In this document: positions 1-8,197 of the stretch, one piece after another
How the letters are laid out: each line of letters begins with the position of its first letter
Position numbering within the stretch: the first letter of the stretch is position 1
Source: an uncultured Geobacteraceae bacterium
GTDB lineage: Bacteria > Desulfobacterota > Desulfuromonadia > Geobacterales > Pseudopelobacteraceae
DNA: 64,000 nt
Assembly: GCA_903930585.1 (NCBI GenBank)
Contig: CAIYZD010000133.1
Location: 70 to 64,069 of the forward strand
Direction of reading: 5' to 3'
The notes under the pieces: model-generated
Database searches by the model: none
What the model was told of the DNA's origin: nothing
What the model saw: only the letters and a program-made list of their open reading frames with translations
Translations under genes and position numbers: made by a program

Positions 1-222
1 ATCGGTATCTGCACCTCCACCGATCCGGTTGCGATAGACCAGGCATGCGCAGATCTGGTTAATGCTGCACACGGCAACGAAGGTTCTGCCCTGCAATCCG
101 GCTTTGAACCGGGTGGCGACAAGTTCCGCGGCTGCTGGCCGGAGATACCGTGGGAGGTCCAACTGGAGCATGGGGAGAAGATCGGGTTGGGGAGCAGGGC
201 GTATGAGCTGGTGAGGGTGTGA
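1..222 (+). CDS. 3' end of a DUF362-like (putative Fe-S) protein, truncated by the window edge
   Basis: Frame 1 is open from the window edge to TGA at 220-222. The tail IGICTSTDPVAIDQACADLVNAA...WEVQLEHGEKIGLG resembles DUF362 C-termini by eye. Confidence 0.5.
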   Translation: MGICTSTDPVAIDQACADLVNAAHGNEGSALQSGFEPGGDKFRGCWPEIPWEVQLEHGEKIGLGSRAYELVRV

Positions 223-305
223 GGGGTTAGATCTGCATATCAGAAATCCAGCGGACTCTTCGCTTCTTTGGTTGTCCTGACCGGTACGCAATGAAAACAG
301 AACTC

Positions 306-334
306 TTGCATTGATCGTTTTGTTGGTCTATATT
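306..334 (+). promoter_or_regulatory. Candidate sigma70-type promoter for the toxin-antitoxin pair
   Basis: TTGCAT (306-311), 17-nt spacer, TATATT (329-334), about 40 nt upstream of the ATG at 372. Motif match only. Confidence 0.3.
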
Positions 335-371
335 TTGGCTATAAAAAAGATTTATATAAGGAACCAAAACC

Positions 372-662
372 ATGAGAGCTATTTCAATCAGTAATGACAT
401 TATCCCAATTGCAGAATTTAAAACTAATATTTCCAAGTGGTTCAAAACCCTTCAGACATCAAGACATCCGCTTATAATTACCCAAAACAGCAAACCTGCA
501 GGAGTGCTGTTGTCCGCTTCAGATTATGATGACCTGGTGTACCGGAAATCATTTCTTGATTCTGTTGAACGGGGAATTTCTGACACAGAAAATGGGCGAA
601 CCCAAACGACTGACGAGCTAAGGAAATCACTACACGCACGAAGAAGTGCGGGCAATCCATGA
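372..662 (+). CDS. Phd/YefM-family type II antitoxin
   Basis: 96 aa. The N-terminus IPIAEFKTNISKWFKTLQTSRHPLIITQNSKPAGVLLSASDYDDL is typical of Phd/YefM. Its stop overlaps the downstream toxin start by 4 nt (ATGA). Confidence 0.8.
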   Translation: MRAISISNDIIPIAEFKTNISKWFKTLQTSRHPLIITQNSKPAGVLLSASDYDDLVYRKSFLDSVERGISDTENGRTQTTDELRKSLHARRSAGNP

Positions 663-967
663 ACGTAACGTGGTCAATGGAAGCTGGCGAAAATCTGGTC
701 GACATTGAGGAGTTCATTGCACGTGACAGCTTGGAGCGCGCTATCCGGTTTGTTGATGCCCTCATTGATCATACAGAGGCTGTTTTGGCTGACAACCCGA
801 GAAGCGGTAGGAGTGTCCCGGAAACAGGCAATCCTGAAATTCGAGAGTTGATTTACCGAGGATACAGAATTGTATACCGATTGAATGGTGATCGGATTGA
901 AATATTTACCGTTTTTGAAGGACACCGACTATTGAGACTGAATGAATTAGGTGTCGATTATCACTAA
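659..967 (+). CDS. parE: ParE/RelE-family type II toxin
   Basis: 102 aa. The C-terminal core IRELIYRGYRIVYRLNGDRIEIFTVFEGHR is typical of ParE/RelE plasmid-stabilisation toxins. It is translationally coupled to the antitoxin. Confidence 0.8.
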   Translation: MNVTWSMEAGENLVDIEEFIARDSLERAIRFVDALIDHTEAVLADNPRSGRSVPETGNPEIRELIYRGYRIVYRLNGDRIEIFTVFEGHRLLRLNELGVDYH

Positions 968-1009
968 AGGCTCACCAACAAGCCATCATACCTGCAAAGG
1001 ATACAATAA

Positions 1010-1348
1010 ATGAGCGACCTGCCAAAATGCCCCACATGCAGCTCCGAATATACCTACGAAGACGGAGAAATGTACGTCTGCCCGGAATGCGCCTTCGAAT
1101 GGCTGATTACTGCGGCGAAAGAGGCAACGGGAGAACCTGTCGTGCGGGATGCGTTCGGCAACGAGCTTAAAGCCGGGGATTCCATAACCGTCATCAAGGA
1201 TCTGAAGATCAAGGGTTCGTCATCGGTCGTCAAAACCGGCGTCAAAATAAAGATCATCCGCCTTGTCTCAGGAGATCACGATATCGACTGCAAGATCGAC
1301 GGTATCGGCGCAATGCAGTTGAAATCGGAGTTTGTTAAAAAAGCGTGA
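1010..1348 (+). CDS. phnA: PhnA/YjdM zinc-ribbon protein
   Basis: 112 aa with an N-terminal CPTC...CPEC zinc ribbon and a C-terminal PhnA-type domain ([20 protein letters not shown]...[10 protein letters not shown]...LKSEFVKK). Confidence 0.85.
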   Translation: MSDLPKCPTCSSEYTYEDGEMYVCPECAFEWLITAAKEATGEPVVRDAFGNELKAGDSITVIKDLKIKGSSSVVKTGVKIKIIRLVSGDHDIDCKIDGIGAMQLKSEFVKKA

Positions 1349-1361
1349 AAGGAAGTAGCGG

Positions 1362-1799
1362 GTGAAAGCAGTTATCCAACGAGTCACCTCGGCCTCGGTC
1401 ACTGTTGATGACAGCATCGTCGGCCGGATCGGACAGGGAATCATGATCCTGCTCGGCGTGGAAAAGGGGGATACGGTGGGACAGGCCGACTGGCTGGTCG
1501 AAAAGATCCGTGGGCTCCGGATCTTTTCCGACGATGCCGGCAAGATGAACCTCTCTGTGCAGGATATCGGCGGTAGTCTGCTGGTGGTATCCCAGTTCAC
1601 CCTGGCTGGAAACTGTGCCAAAGGGAAGCGCCCCTCGTTCGATACGGCAGCCCCGACCGACGAAGGAAAACGGTTGTACGAATATTTTGTCGCGACTGCA
1701 AAACAGAGCGGCATACCGGTCGAAACCGGGATCTTCCAAGCCGATATGCAGGTTGCGCTGGTTAATGATGGTCCGGTAACCTTTATTCTGGAGAGATAA
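1362..1799 (+). CDS. dtd: D-aminoacyl-tRNA deacylase
   Basis: 145 aa with a GTG start. MKAVIQRV..ASV.V......IG.G...LLGV..GD and the SQFTL motif are typical of Dtd. Confidence 0.92.
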   Translation: MKAVIQRVTSASVTVDDSIVGRIGQGIMILLGVEKGDTVGQADWLVEKIRGLRIFSDDAGKMNLSVQDIGGSLLVVSQFTLAGNCAKGKRPSFDTAAPTDEGKRLYEYFVATAKQSGIPVETGIFQADMQVALVNDGPVTFILER

Positions 1800-1802
1800 A
1801 TC

Positions 1803-2639
1803 ATGAGTCAAGCACTTACCCTCGGTTTCTCCCCCTGCCCCAACGACACCTTCATGTTTTATCCGCTCGTGCATGGTCTGGTCGATACCGGCGGCTTCGC
1901 CTGCCGGGAACGGCTGGAGGATGTGGAAACTCTCAACCAGCTGGCGCTTAAAGGGGAGCTGGATGTCAGCAAGGTCTCCTACCACGCGCTCGGGCATATC
2001 CGGGACCGGTACGCGCTCCTCCGCTCCGGCAGCGCCCTGGGACGCGGTTGCGGACCGCTGCTGGTAGCGACCACCCCGATCAATCCGGCCAACCTGCGCG
2101 GCAAGACCATTGCGATACCGGGACGCTACACCACCGCCAGGTTGCTGCTGCAGCTGTTCGACCCCACTCTGGAACATTTTATCGTCATGCCCTTCAATGA
2201 GATCATGGATGCGGTCCTGAGCGGCAACGTGGATGCAGGACTGATCATCCATGAATCGCGCTTCACCTACCACGGATTTGGTCTGCACAAACTGCTCGAT
2301 CTTGGGGAATGGTGGGAGGGAGAAACCGGTCTGCCAATTCCGCTCGGTGGTATTGTTGCCCGGCGTTCATTGGGAGCGGAAACGATCGGCGCTGTCGAAC
2401 GCGCACTGAGAAACGGAGTCGAATATGCCCGCAGCCACCCGGATGAGGCGGCCCGCTATATCGGCGAACATGCCCAGGAGATGAGCGCTGAGGTCTGCGC
2501 CGCCCATATCGAACTGTACGTCAACGACTTTTCGGCAGATCTGGGTGATGAAGGGATAGAGGCCATTACCTGTCTGATGCTGCGTGCCGAGCAGGCGGGG
2601 CTCATCCCGCCATCGCCTCTACCGCTTTTTATACGCTGA
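1803..2639 (+). CDS. mqnD: 1,4-dihydroxy-6-naphthoate synthase (futalosine menaquinone pathway)
   Basis: 278 aa. The N-terminal LGFSPCPNDTFMFYPLVHG signature and overall length match MqnD. Confidence 0.85.
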   Translation: MSQALTLGFSPCPNDTFMFYPLVHGLVDTGGFACRERLEDVETLNQLALKGELDVSKVSYHALGHIRDRYALLRSGSALGRGCGPLLVATTPINPANLRGKTIAIPGRYTTARLLLQLFDPTLEHFIVMPFNEIMDAVLSGNVDAGLIIHESRFTYHGFGLHKLLDLGEWWEGETGLPIPLGGIVARRSLGAETIGAVERALRNGVEYARSHPDEAARYIGEHAQEMSAEVCAAHIELYVNDFSADLGDEGIEAITCLMLRAEQAGLIPPSPLPLFIR

Positions 2640-2693
2640 TGAAAATTTATTTTATGGTATACACTAGATTGCTGCCGGTATGGAGGGGTGTAG

Positions 2694-4484
2694 ATGACGA
2701 TGAATATGGATCAGGAGTTGCTTGAGGGATTTATCTCCGAAATGAGCGAAATTCTTGAGAAGCTGGACGATGACCTGATTGCTGTCGAAAAAAAACCGGA
2801 CAATACAGAACTGCTCAATCAAATATTCAGACATGTCCATAATATCAAGGGCGCGTCCGGCATTATGGGGTTTGAACTGCTGATCAGGGTAACCCATGAG
2901 GCCGAAAGCATCCTCAATCGGCTTCGCAAAGGGGATATTCCGGTAACCGCGGAGGTTATGGATGTCATTTTGGAAGCTACCAGCCTGGTAAAACAGCTGG
3001 TGAATGACATCAAGAGAGGGGATGCGCAGGATCGGGAGATTGGTGAAACTATTGCCAAGCTTGCTCCGTTCATCGCCATGGAGGCATACTCGCTACCGGA
3101 GCCTGAAGCACCCGTTGAGGTGGCACCGCAACCCACCGTGACGCCGCAATCTGTACTTCCTCCCGTTTCTCCGGAGACGCCTGCAACTTCACCAGTCTCC
3201 CCCAGTGAAGCGGATCCGGTCCCGGCCACCAAAGCCATAAGCATCCCCCCCCCGGCAAAGAGAGCGCCCCCTCCCAGACAGGTGGAGACAAAGGAACCTC
3301 TTTCCGACAACAGCACCGTGCGTGTCGATGTAAAGCGACTCGACGACCTGATGAACCAGGTTGGTGAATTGGTGCTGGAACGTAACCGCATGATGCAGAT
3401 CAACCAGGACCGGCAGCAGGAAGGGGCAGATCAGCTTAACTTCAAAGAGGAGTTTGGCAAGCTTACCAAGCGAATGAGCTTCGTTACGTCGGAATTGCAG
3501 ATGCAGGTGCTCAAGATGCGCATGATCCCGGTAGGCAACGTTTTCAAAAAGTTTCCCCGCATCGTGCGCAGTGTGTCCCGCGACCTCTGCAAGGAAGTTG
3601 ATCTGCAAATCATTGGTGAAGAGACCGAGCTCGACCGTTCCGTCGTCGATGAAATCGGCGATCCGCTCATCCACCTGATCCGGAATGCCCTGGATCATGG
3701 CCTGGAAACTCCCGAAGAGCGTACCGCATCCGGCAAGCCACGCGTGGGCACGTTGATCCTGTCGGCTGTCCACGAGGGCAACCAGATCATTATCAGTATC
3801 AAGGATGACGGCCGCGGGATAGACACCGACAGGGTCGGTCGCAAGGCAATCGAGAAAGGGCTGATTAGTGAGGAGCAGCTGGTTTCCATGAGCCAGCGCG
3901 AGATGTTTGACTTGATCTTCCTCCCCGGTTTCTCCACCAAAGACGTAGCATCCGACCTCTCCGGCCGTGGCGTCGGCATGGACGTGGTCAAGACCAACAT
4001 CAAGAAGCTCAACGGCCTGATCGAAATAAAGAGCGAAAAAGGGGTCGGTTCTGAGTTCATCCTGCGGCTGCCGCTAACCCTGGCTATTATCCAGTCGCTT
4101 CTGGTCGAGGTCGAGGGTGAAGTGTACTCCATACCTCTCGCTTCGGTTCTGGAAACCCTGCGGGTTAACCAACGCGAGTTTCACCTCATCGGCGGCCAGG
4201 AAGTGCTCAAATTGCGTGATCGTGTACTGCCGCTTCTCCGTTTGCAACGCATCTTCTCGGTACGGCCGATCTACGACCCCGCCGATTTTTGTTATGTCGT
4301 CGTCATCGGATCGGCAGACAAGCGCATGGGACTGGTGGTAACACGCCTGGTCGGGCAGCAGGAGGTGGCAATCAAGTCGCTGGGAAATTATCTGGCCAAC
4401 ATACACGGCATTGCCGGCTCTACCATCCTTGGCGATGGCCGGGTTGCCCTGATTGTCGATCCCGTTGCCCTGAGCGACTGTTAA
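2694..4484 (+). CDS. cheA: Chemotaxis histidine kinase CheA
   Basis: 596 aa. It has an Hpt H-box (FRHVHNIKGASG), a Pro-rich linker, dimerisation and HATPase regions (DDGRGID, GRGVGMDVV) and a CheW-like C-terminus. Confidence 0.93.
   Translation: MTMNMDQELLEGFISEMSEILEKLDDDLIAVEKKPDNTELLNQIFRHVHNIKGASGIMGFELLIRVTHEAESILNRLRKGDIPVTAEVMDVILEATSLVKQLVNDIKRGDAQDREIGETIAKLAPFIAMEAYSLPEPEAPVEVAPQPTVTPQSVLPPVSPETPATSPVSPSEADPVPATKAISIPPPAKRAPPPRQVETKEPLSDNSTVRVDVKRLDDLMNQVGELVLERNRMMQINQDRQQEGADQLNFKEEFGKLTKRMSFVTSELQMQVLKMRMIPVGNVFKKFPRIVRSVSRDLCKEVDLQIIGEETELDRSVVDEIGDPLIHLIRNALDHGLETPEERTASGKPRVGTLILSAVHEGNQIIISIKDDGRGIDTDRVGRKAIEKGLISEEQLVSMSQREMFDLIFLPGFSTKDVASDLSGRGVGMDVVKTNIKKLNGLIEIKSEKGVGSEFILRLPLTLAIIQSLLVEVEGEVYSIPLASVLETLRVNQREFHLIGGQEVLKLRDRVLPLLRLQRIFSVRPIYDPADFCYVVVIGSADKRMGLVVTRLVGQQEVAIKSLGNYLANIHGIAGSTILGDGRVALIVDPVALSDC
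3245..3253 (+). repeat. C9 homopolymer inside the cheA linker
   Basis: Direct count: atc ccc ccc ccg encodes IPPP. This is the second-longest G/C run noticed in the window. Confidence 0.95.
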
Positions 4485-4587
4485 CAAGAGAGTGACGAGA
4501 TGAAATCATGAAGCAAAGCGGCATCCTGCCGGAAAACGACACCAATGAACGGGAAATCACCGTATAAAGCGGACAAGAGGAATTTAC

Positions 4588-6669
4588 ATGAAAATGAATT
4601 TGTCGTTGAAGGTTTTCTGTATTATCGGCATCACCCTGTTTCTGGGTTTCAGTATTCTCGGCACCACATCCCTCTGGTTAAGCATTGATTCGACGTTGCG
4701 ACAGCAGAAACTTGCCTCGCAAGGAAACTCTGCCATTATCAGAAAAACGGTTGAAGAGTTCATGTTGAAAGGGGAACGCGAAGCGGTCATTCGCTACATA
4801 GAGCAACTCCGTCACGATAAGATTGTAGTCGACCTTGCCATTTTTGGCGAGAATGGCAGGCAACCGGGCAGTACATCGGCTCCGGAACCGGCAGTACTTG
4901 ACTCGCTCAGGAGCGGAATGTCGCTGCATACCAACGGCGAGGCCAATGGCATTCACACGCTTACCAGCATCATTCCGCTGCCGAACGCCGAACGTTGCAA
5001 GGGATGCCACGGCACGGCAAAATTCAACGGCGCCATCAAACTGGTCACTTCGATGCAGGACGGCTACGACGGCGCCAAACGACTCGTGATGCTTCTTCTC
5101 GGAGTCGGCGCCGCCTGCTTCATCCTGATTGCGGGAGGAATGTACTTCTTCTTCCGCATCACCATTATCAGTACCATCGTTCAGGTATCGAAAAGCATCC
5201 ATGCCCTTTCGGAGGGTGGCGGCGACCTGACTGTGCAGCTGCCGGTAAAATCAAACGACGAAATCGGGGTTTTGACCGACGGGGTAAACAACCTGGTCAC
5301 AAAACTCAGGGATATCATGCTGGAGCTGTACGGTCAGGCCGGCCATGTTGCCATTACCTCCTGCCGTACAATGGCAAGCATAGAGCAGCTGGCAGCTTCA
5401 ATCTTTGAGTCGAGAGAGCTGGCCGAATCGGTTGCGGTCGCTTCCGAAGAGATGACCGCAACCCTGAACGATGTAGCCGGGACGACGGCCAAGGCGTCGA
5501 CTCTTTCCCAACAGGTGGATGACTCCGCCAAGGACGGCCAAAATGTCGTGAGTAAAACCGCAGAAAGCATCGAACAGATTCGGGCCGGGGTGGAAGAGAC
5601 ACTGGCGGTCATGAACCGGCTTGAAATTTCCTCCGTGCAGATTGGTGATATTATCGGCCTGATCGAAGATGTGGCAGACCAGACCAATCTACTTGCCCTC
5701 AACGCCGCCATCGAAGCCGCCCGCGCCGGTGATGCGGGGCGGGGCTTTGCAGTCGTTGCCAACGAGGTCAAGAACCTCTCCGGCAAGACCTCCACATCGA
5801 CTCAACAGATAGGAACAATTATTAAAGCAATTCAGAAGGACATCCGTGAAGCGATGAAATCCATCGAATCGGAAAAAGGGCGTGTCGAACATGGCGTAAC
5901 GAATTCAGCGCGCGCCAGCGACCAGATCACGACTATCCTTAACCTGGCTTCCGAATCAGCCGACATGATCAACTCCATTGCCATCGCCACGGAAGAGCAG
6001 AGCGCCACGACCGCAAATATTTCCACCAAAATCCACCAGGTTTCCGAGACGACCGGTGAGATACAGGTCCAGATGGAAAACTCCCTCGCCACGTTCGGAG
6101 TACTCTCCCAGACAGCGGAAAAGATCTACAATACGGTTGGAAGATTCAAGGTCGGCAACTACCACGACAGCATCAAAGATCTTGCCGGAGAACTACGTGA
6201 TCGTGCCACCGCTCGCCTCGAAAAAGCCATCAGCGAAGGCCGCATCACTCGTGAGGCCTTGTTCAGCGCCGATTACAAACCGGTCCCGAATACCATGCCG
6301 CAGAAATTCAACACCCCGTTCGACCGCCTGTTCGACGAGATCATTTCGCCCATCCAAGAGGAGATCGTTGCCAGGGACAGCAAACTCTTTTACACGATCT
6401 GCCTCGACCGCAACGGATACTGTCCATCGCATAACAAACGGTACACCCAGCCGCTTACCGGCGACCTGCAAAAAGACTCCGGCGGCAACCGCACCAAGCG
6501 TATCTTTGACGACAGGACCGGCTTACGCGCCGCCACCAACCAGGAACCGTTCCTTCTGCAAACCTACATGCGCGATACCGGCGAAGTCATGAACGACATG
6601 TCGACCCCCATCATCATCGGCGGTAAACACTGGGGTACCGTCCGCATCGGCTATCTCAACGAATACTGA
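4588..6669 (+). CDS. Methyl-accepting chemotaxis protein with a CxxCH periplasmic domain and an extra C-terminal domain
   Basis: 693 aa. It has two TM segments flanking about 130 aa that contain CKGCH (4996-5010), then a HAMP domain and the MCP signalling hairpin ([28 protein letters not shown]). About 170 aa follow the hairpin. Confidence 0.9.
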   Translation: MKMNLSLKVFCIIGITLFLGFSILGTTSLWLSIDSTLRQQKLASQGNSAIIRKTVEEFMLKGEREAVIRYIEQLRHDKIVVDLAIFGENGRQPGSTSAPEPAVLDSLRSGMSLHTNGEANGIHTLTSIIPLPNAERCKGCHGTAKFNGAIKLVTSMQDGYDGAKRLVMLLLGVGAACFILIAGGMYFFFRITIISTIVQVSKSIHALSEGGGDLTVQLPVKSNDEIGVLTDGVNNLVTKLRDIMLELYGQAGHVAITSCRTMASIEQLAASIFESRELAESVAVASEEMTATLNDVAGTTAKASTLSQQVDDSAKDGQNVVSKTAESIEQIRAGVEETLAVMNRLEISSVQIGDIIGLIEDVADQTNLLALNAAIEAARAGDAGRGFAVVANEVKNLSGKTSTSTQQIGTIIKAIQKDIREAMKSIESEKGRVEHGVTNSARASDQITTILNLASESADMINSIAIATEEQSATTANISTKIHQVSETTGEIQVQMENSLATFGVLSQTAEKIYNTVGRFKVGNYHDSIKDLAGELRDRATARLEKAISEGRITREALFSADYKPVPNTMPQKFNTPFDRLFDEIISPIQEEIVARDSKLFYTICLDRNGYCPSHNKRYTQPLTGDLQKDSGGNRTKRIFDDRTGLRAATNQEPFLLQTYMRDTGEVMNDMSTPIIIGGKHWGTVRIGYLNEY

Positions 6670-6760
6670 GGTGTTCCGCCATGCACAGACAACGTTCCAA
6701 ACGAAGGTACTACTGAAATAACATATTTATGGTTTTTCCACTTCTGAAAGGACAATTTTT

Positions 6761-8197
6761 GTGTCAGGAACGTATCCCTTGTCGGTAACCGGTAATGAAA
6801 TCAAAAAACTTGGTTATAGTCTCTACATTCGCATTTCTTCGGACCAGATGAAATGTCACTGTAGCTATATCCCGACTGATAAGGGGTCAATGATGACCCG
6901 CGAAGAGTTTACAACGTACCTGAATCAGTACAATGTCAATGAGGGGATCGACCTGCAAGCGGTGGAACAGTTCGTTACTAAAGCCACTGCCGGAATACAG
7001 CAGGTAGATATTCTGGTGGCGTCCGGAACTCCACCCGTCCCCGGCGGGGATGAGCGTTTGGAGGTAGTAGCCAGGGCCGACGATACGGACATTACGAACG
7101 AAGATGGTACGGTGAACATGTACCGGGTGCAGACCTTCATCAACGTCAATAAAGATGACGAGATCGGCATGATTGTCCCCGCCGGAGAAGGCACGCCCGG
7201 TAGCAACATCCTGGGCAGGCAGCTCCCGCCTGTTCCGGGTAAACCGTTGAAAATCAAAGTAGGAAGGAACATCCTCCGGGATAACGACGGGAAGCTGATC
7301 GCATCCATAACAGGTCGATTCGTACAGACGCCATACGAAATTTCGGTAGAAGACGAATACATCGTACTAGGGGACGTGAATTTCAGAGTCGGCATAATCG
7401 ACTTCAAGGGGGTAGTTGATGTCCGTGGTGAAATCCTTGACCACTTCAACGTCAAGGCATCCAAGGGAGTAAAAGTTTTCGGCAACGTTGGAGCCTGTGA
7501 AATCATCACCGATGGCAACGTCACATTCTGCGGGATGGACGGTCGCAACACGGGACGTATTGTGTCCGGCGGTAATATCTACGCAAACTACCTGCATGAT
7601 GTTACGATTGAGTGTGCCGGAGACATCGTCGTGTCGGTCGAGATTCACAACTGTACTATCAAGGCCCTCGGCAAGGTCGTGGTCGACAAAGGCGCAATAC
7701 TGGGCGGCAGCTGTATCGCGCTGGGTGGCATCGAAAGCAAAATAATCGGTTCCAAATCGTCATCCATCCCCACTATCCTCCATGCCGGTACCAGTTACTT
7801 CGATCTACATGAAATTGTACGTATTATGGCCGAGATAGAAAGGGTTCAGCGACGGTCTTACACGTCCGTATCGCTCGCGGAGATCACCGAATTGAGGAAG
7901 GAGATAGCAGCGTTGTCCGACCGGGTAGCGGCGATCCGGAATAAGGAATATCCAAATAAAAACCCAAAAATCAATGTAAAAGAGATGATGTACGAAAAAA
8001 CACATATTACTATTGGGGCTTCTACGGAAGACGTTACAGAACAAATCAGCGGCAGCAACAGCATTATAGAGAATACCATCACCGGCGGTTTCAGATATGT
8101 GCCGTTCACAAGCTTGTTTGTCAAGGCTGCGGATATCGAACAGTCAATTATCAGCGAGCTTGAGCAGGTATCATTAAACTGCCGGCACCAGCCGTAG
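6761..8197 (+). CDS. FapA/DUF342-family protein
   Basis: 478 aa with a GTG start. The architecture and repetitive beta-helix-like core (G.V.F.G.V.V.G.I...) with a C-terminal coiled region match DUF342/FapA proteins found in chemotaxis or flagellar loci. Confidence 0.75.
   Translation: MSGTYPLSVTGNEIKKLGYSLYIRISSDQMKCHCSYIPTDKGSMMTREEFTTYLNQYNVNEGIDLQAVEQFVTKATAGIQQVDILVASGTPPVPGGDERLEVVARADDTDITNEDGTVNMYRVQTFINVNKDDEIGMIVPAGEGTPGSNILGRQLPPVPGKPLKIKVGRNILRDNDGKLIASITGRFVQTPYEISVEDEYIVLGDVNFRVGIIDFKGVVDVRGEILDHFNVKASKGVKVFGNVGACEIITDGNVTFCGMDGRNTGRIVSGGNIYANYLHDVTIECAGDIVVSVEIHNCTIKALGKVVVDKGAILGGSCIALGGIESKIIGSKSSSIPTILHAGTSYFDLHEIVRIMAEIERVQRRSYTSVSLAEITELRKEIAALSDRVAAIRNKEYPNKNPKINVKEMMYEKTHITIGASTEDVTEQISGSNSIIENTITGGFRYVPFTSLFVKAADIEQSIISELEQVSLNCRHQP

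Noticed and set aside
227-445. 72-aa minus-strand ORF overlapping the antitoxin promoter and 5' end
   Set aside because: It lies in AT-rich sequence and overlaps a well-supported plus-strand antitoxin gene and its promoter. No RBS or recognisable family was found, so it is most likely a chance ORF.
1335-2288. 317-aa minus-strand ORF antisense to dtd and mqnD
   Set aside because: This is a typical high-GC shadow ORF. It spans two well-recognised plus-strand genes and their junction, and its translation is low-complexity and Arg/Gly/Ala-rich with no motifs.
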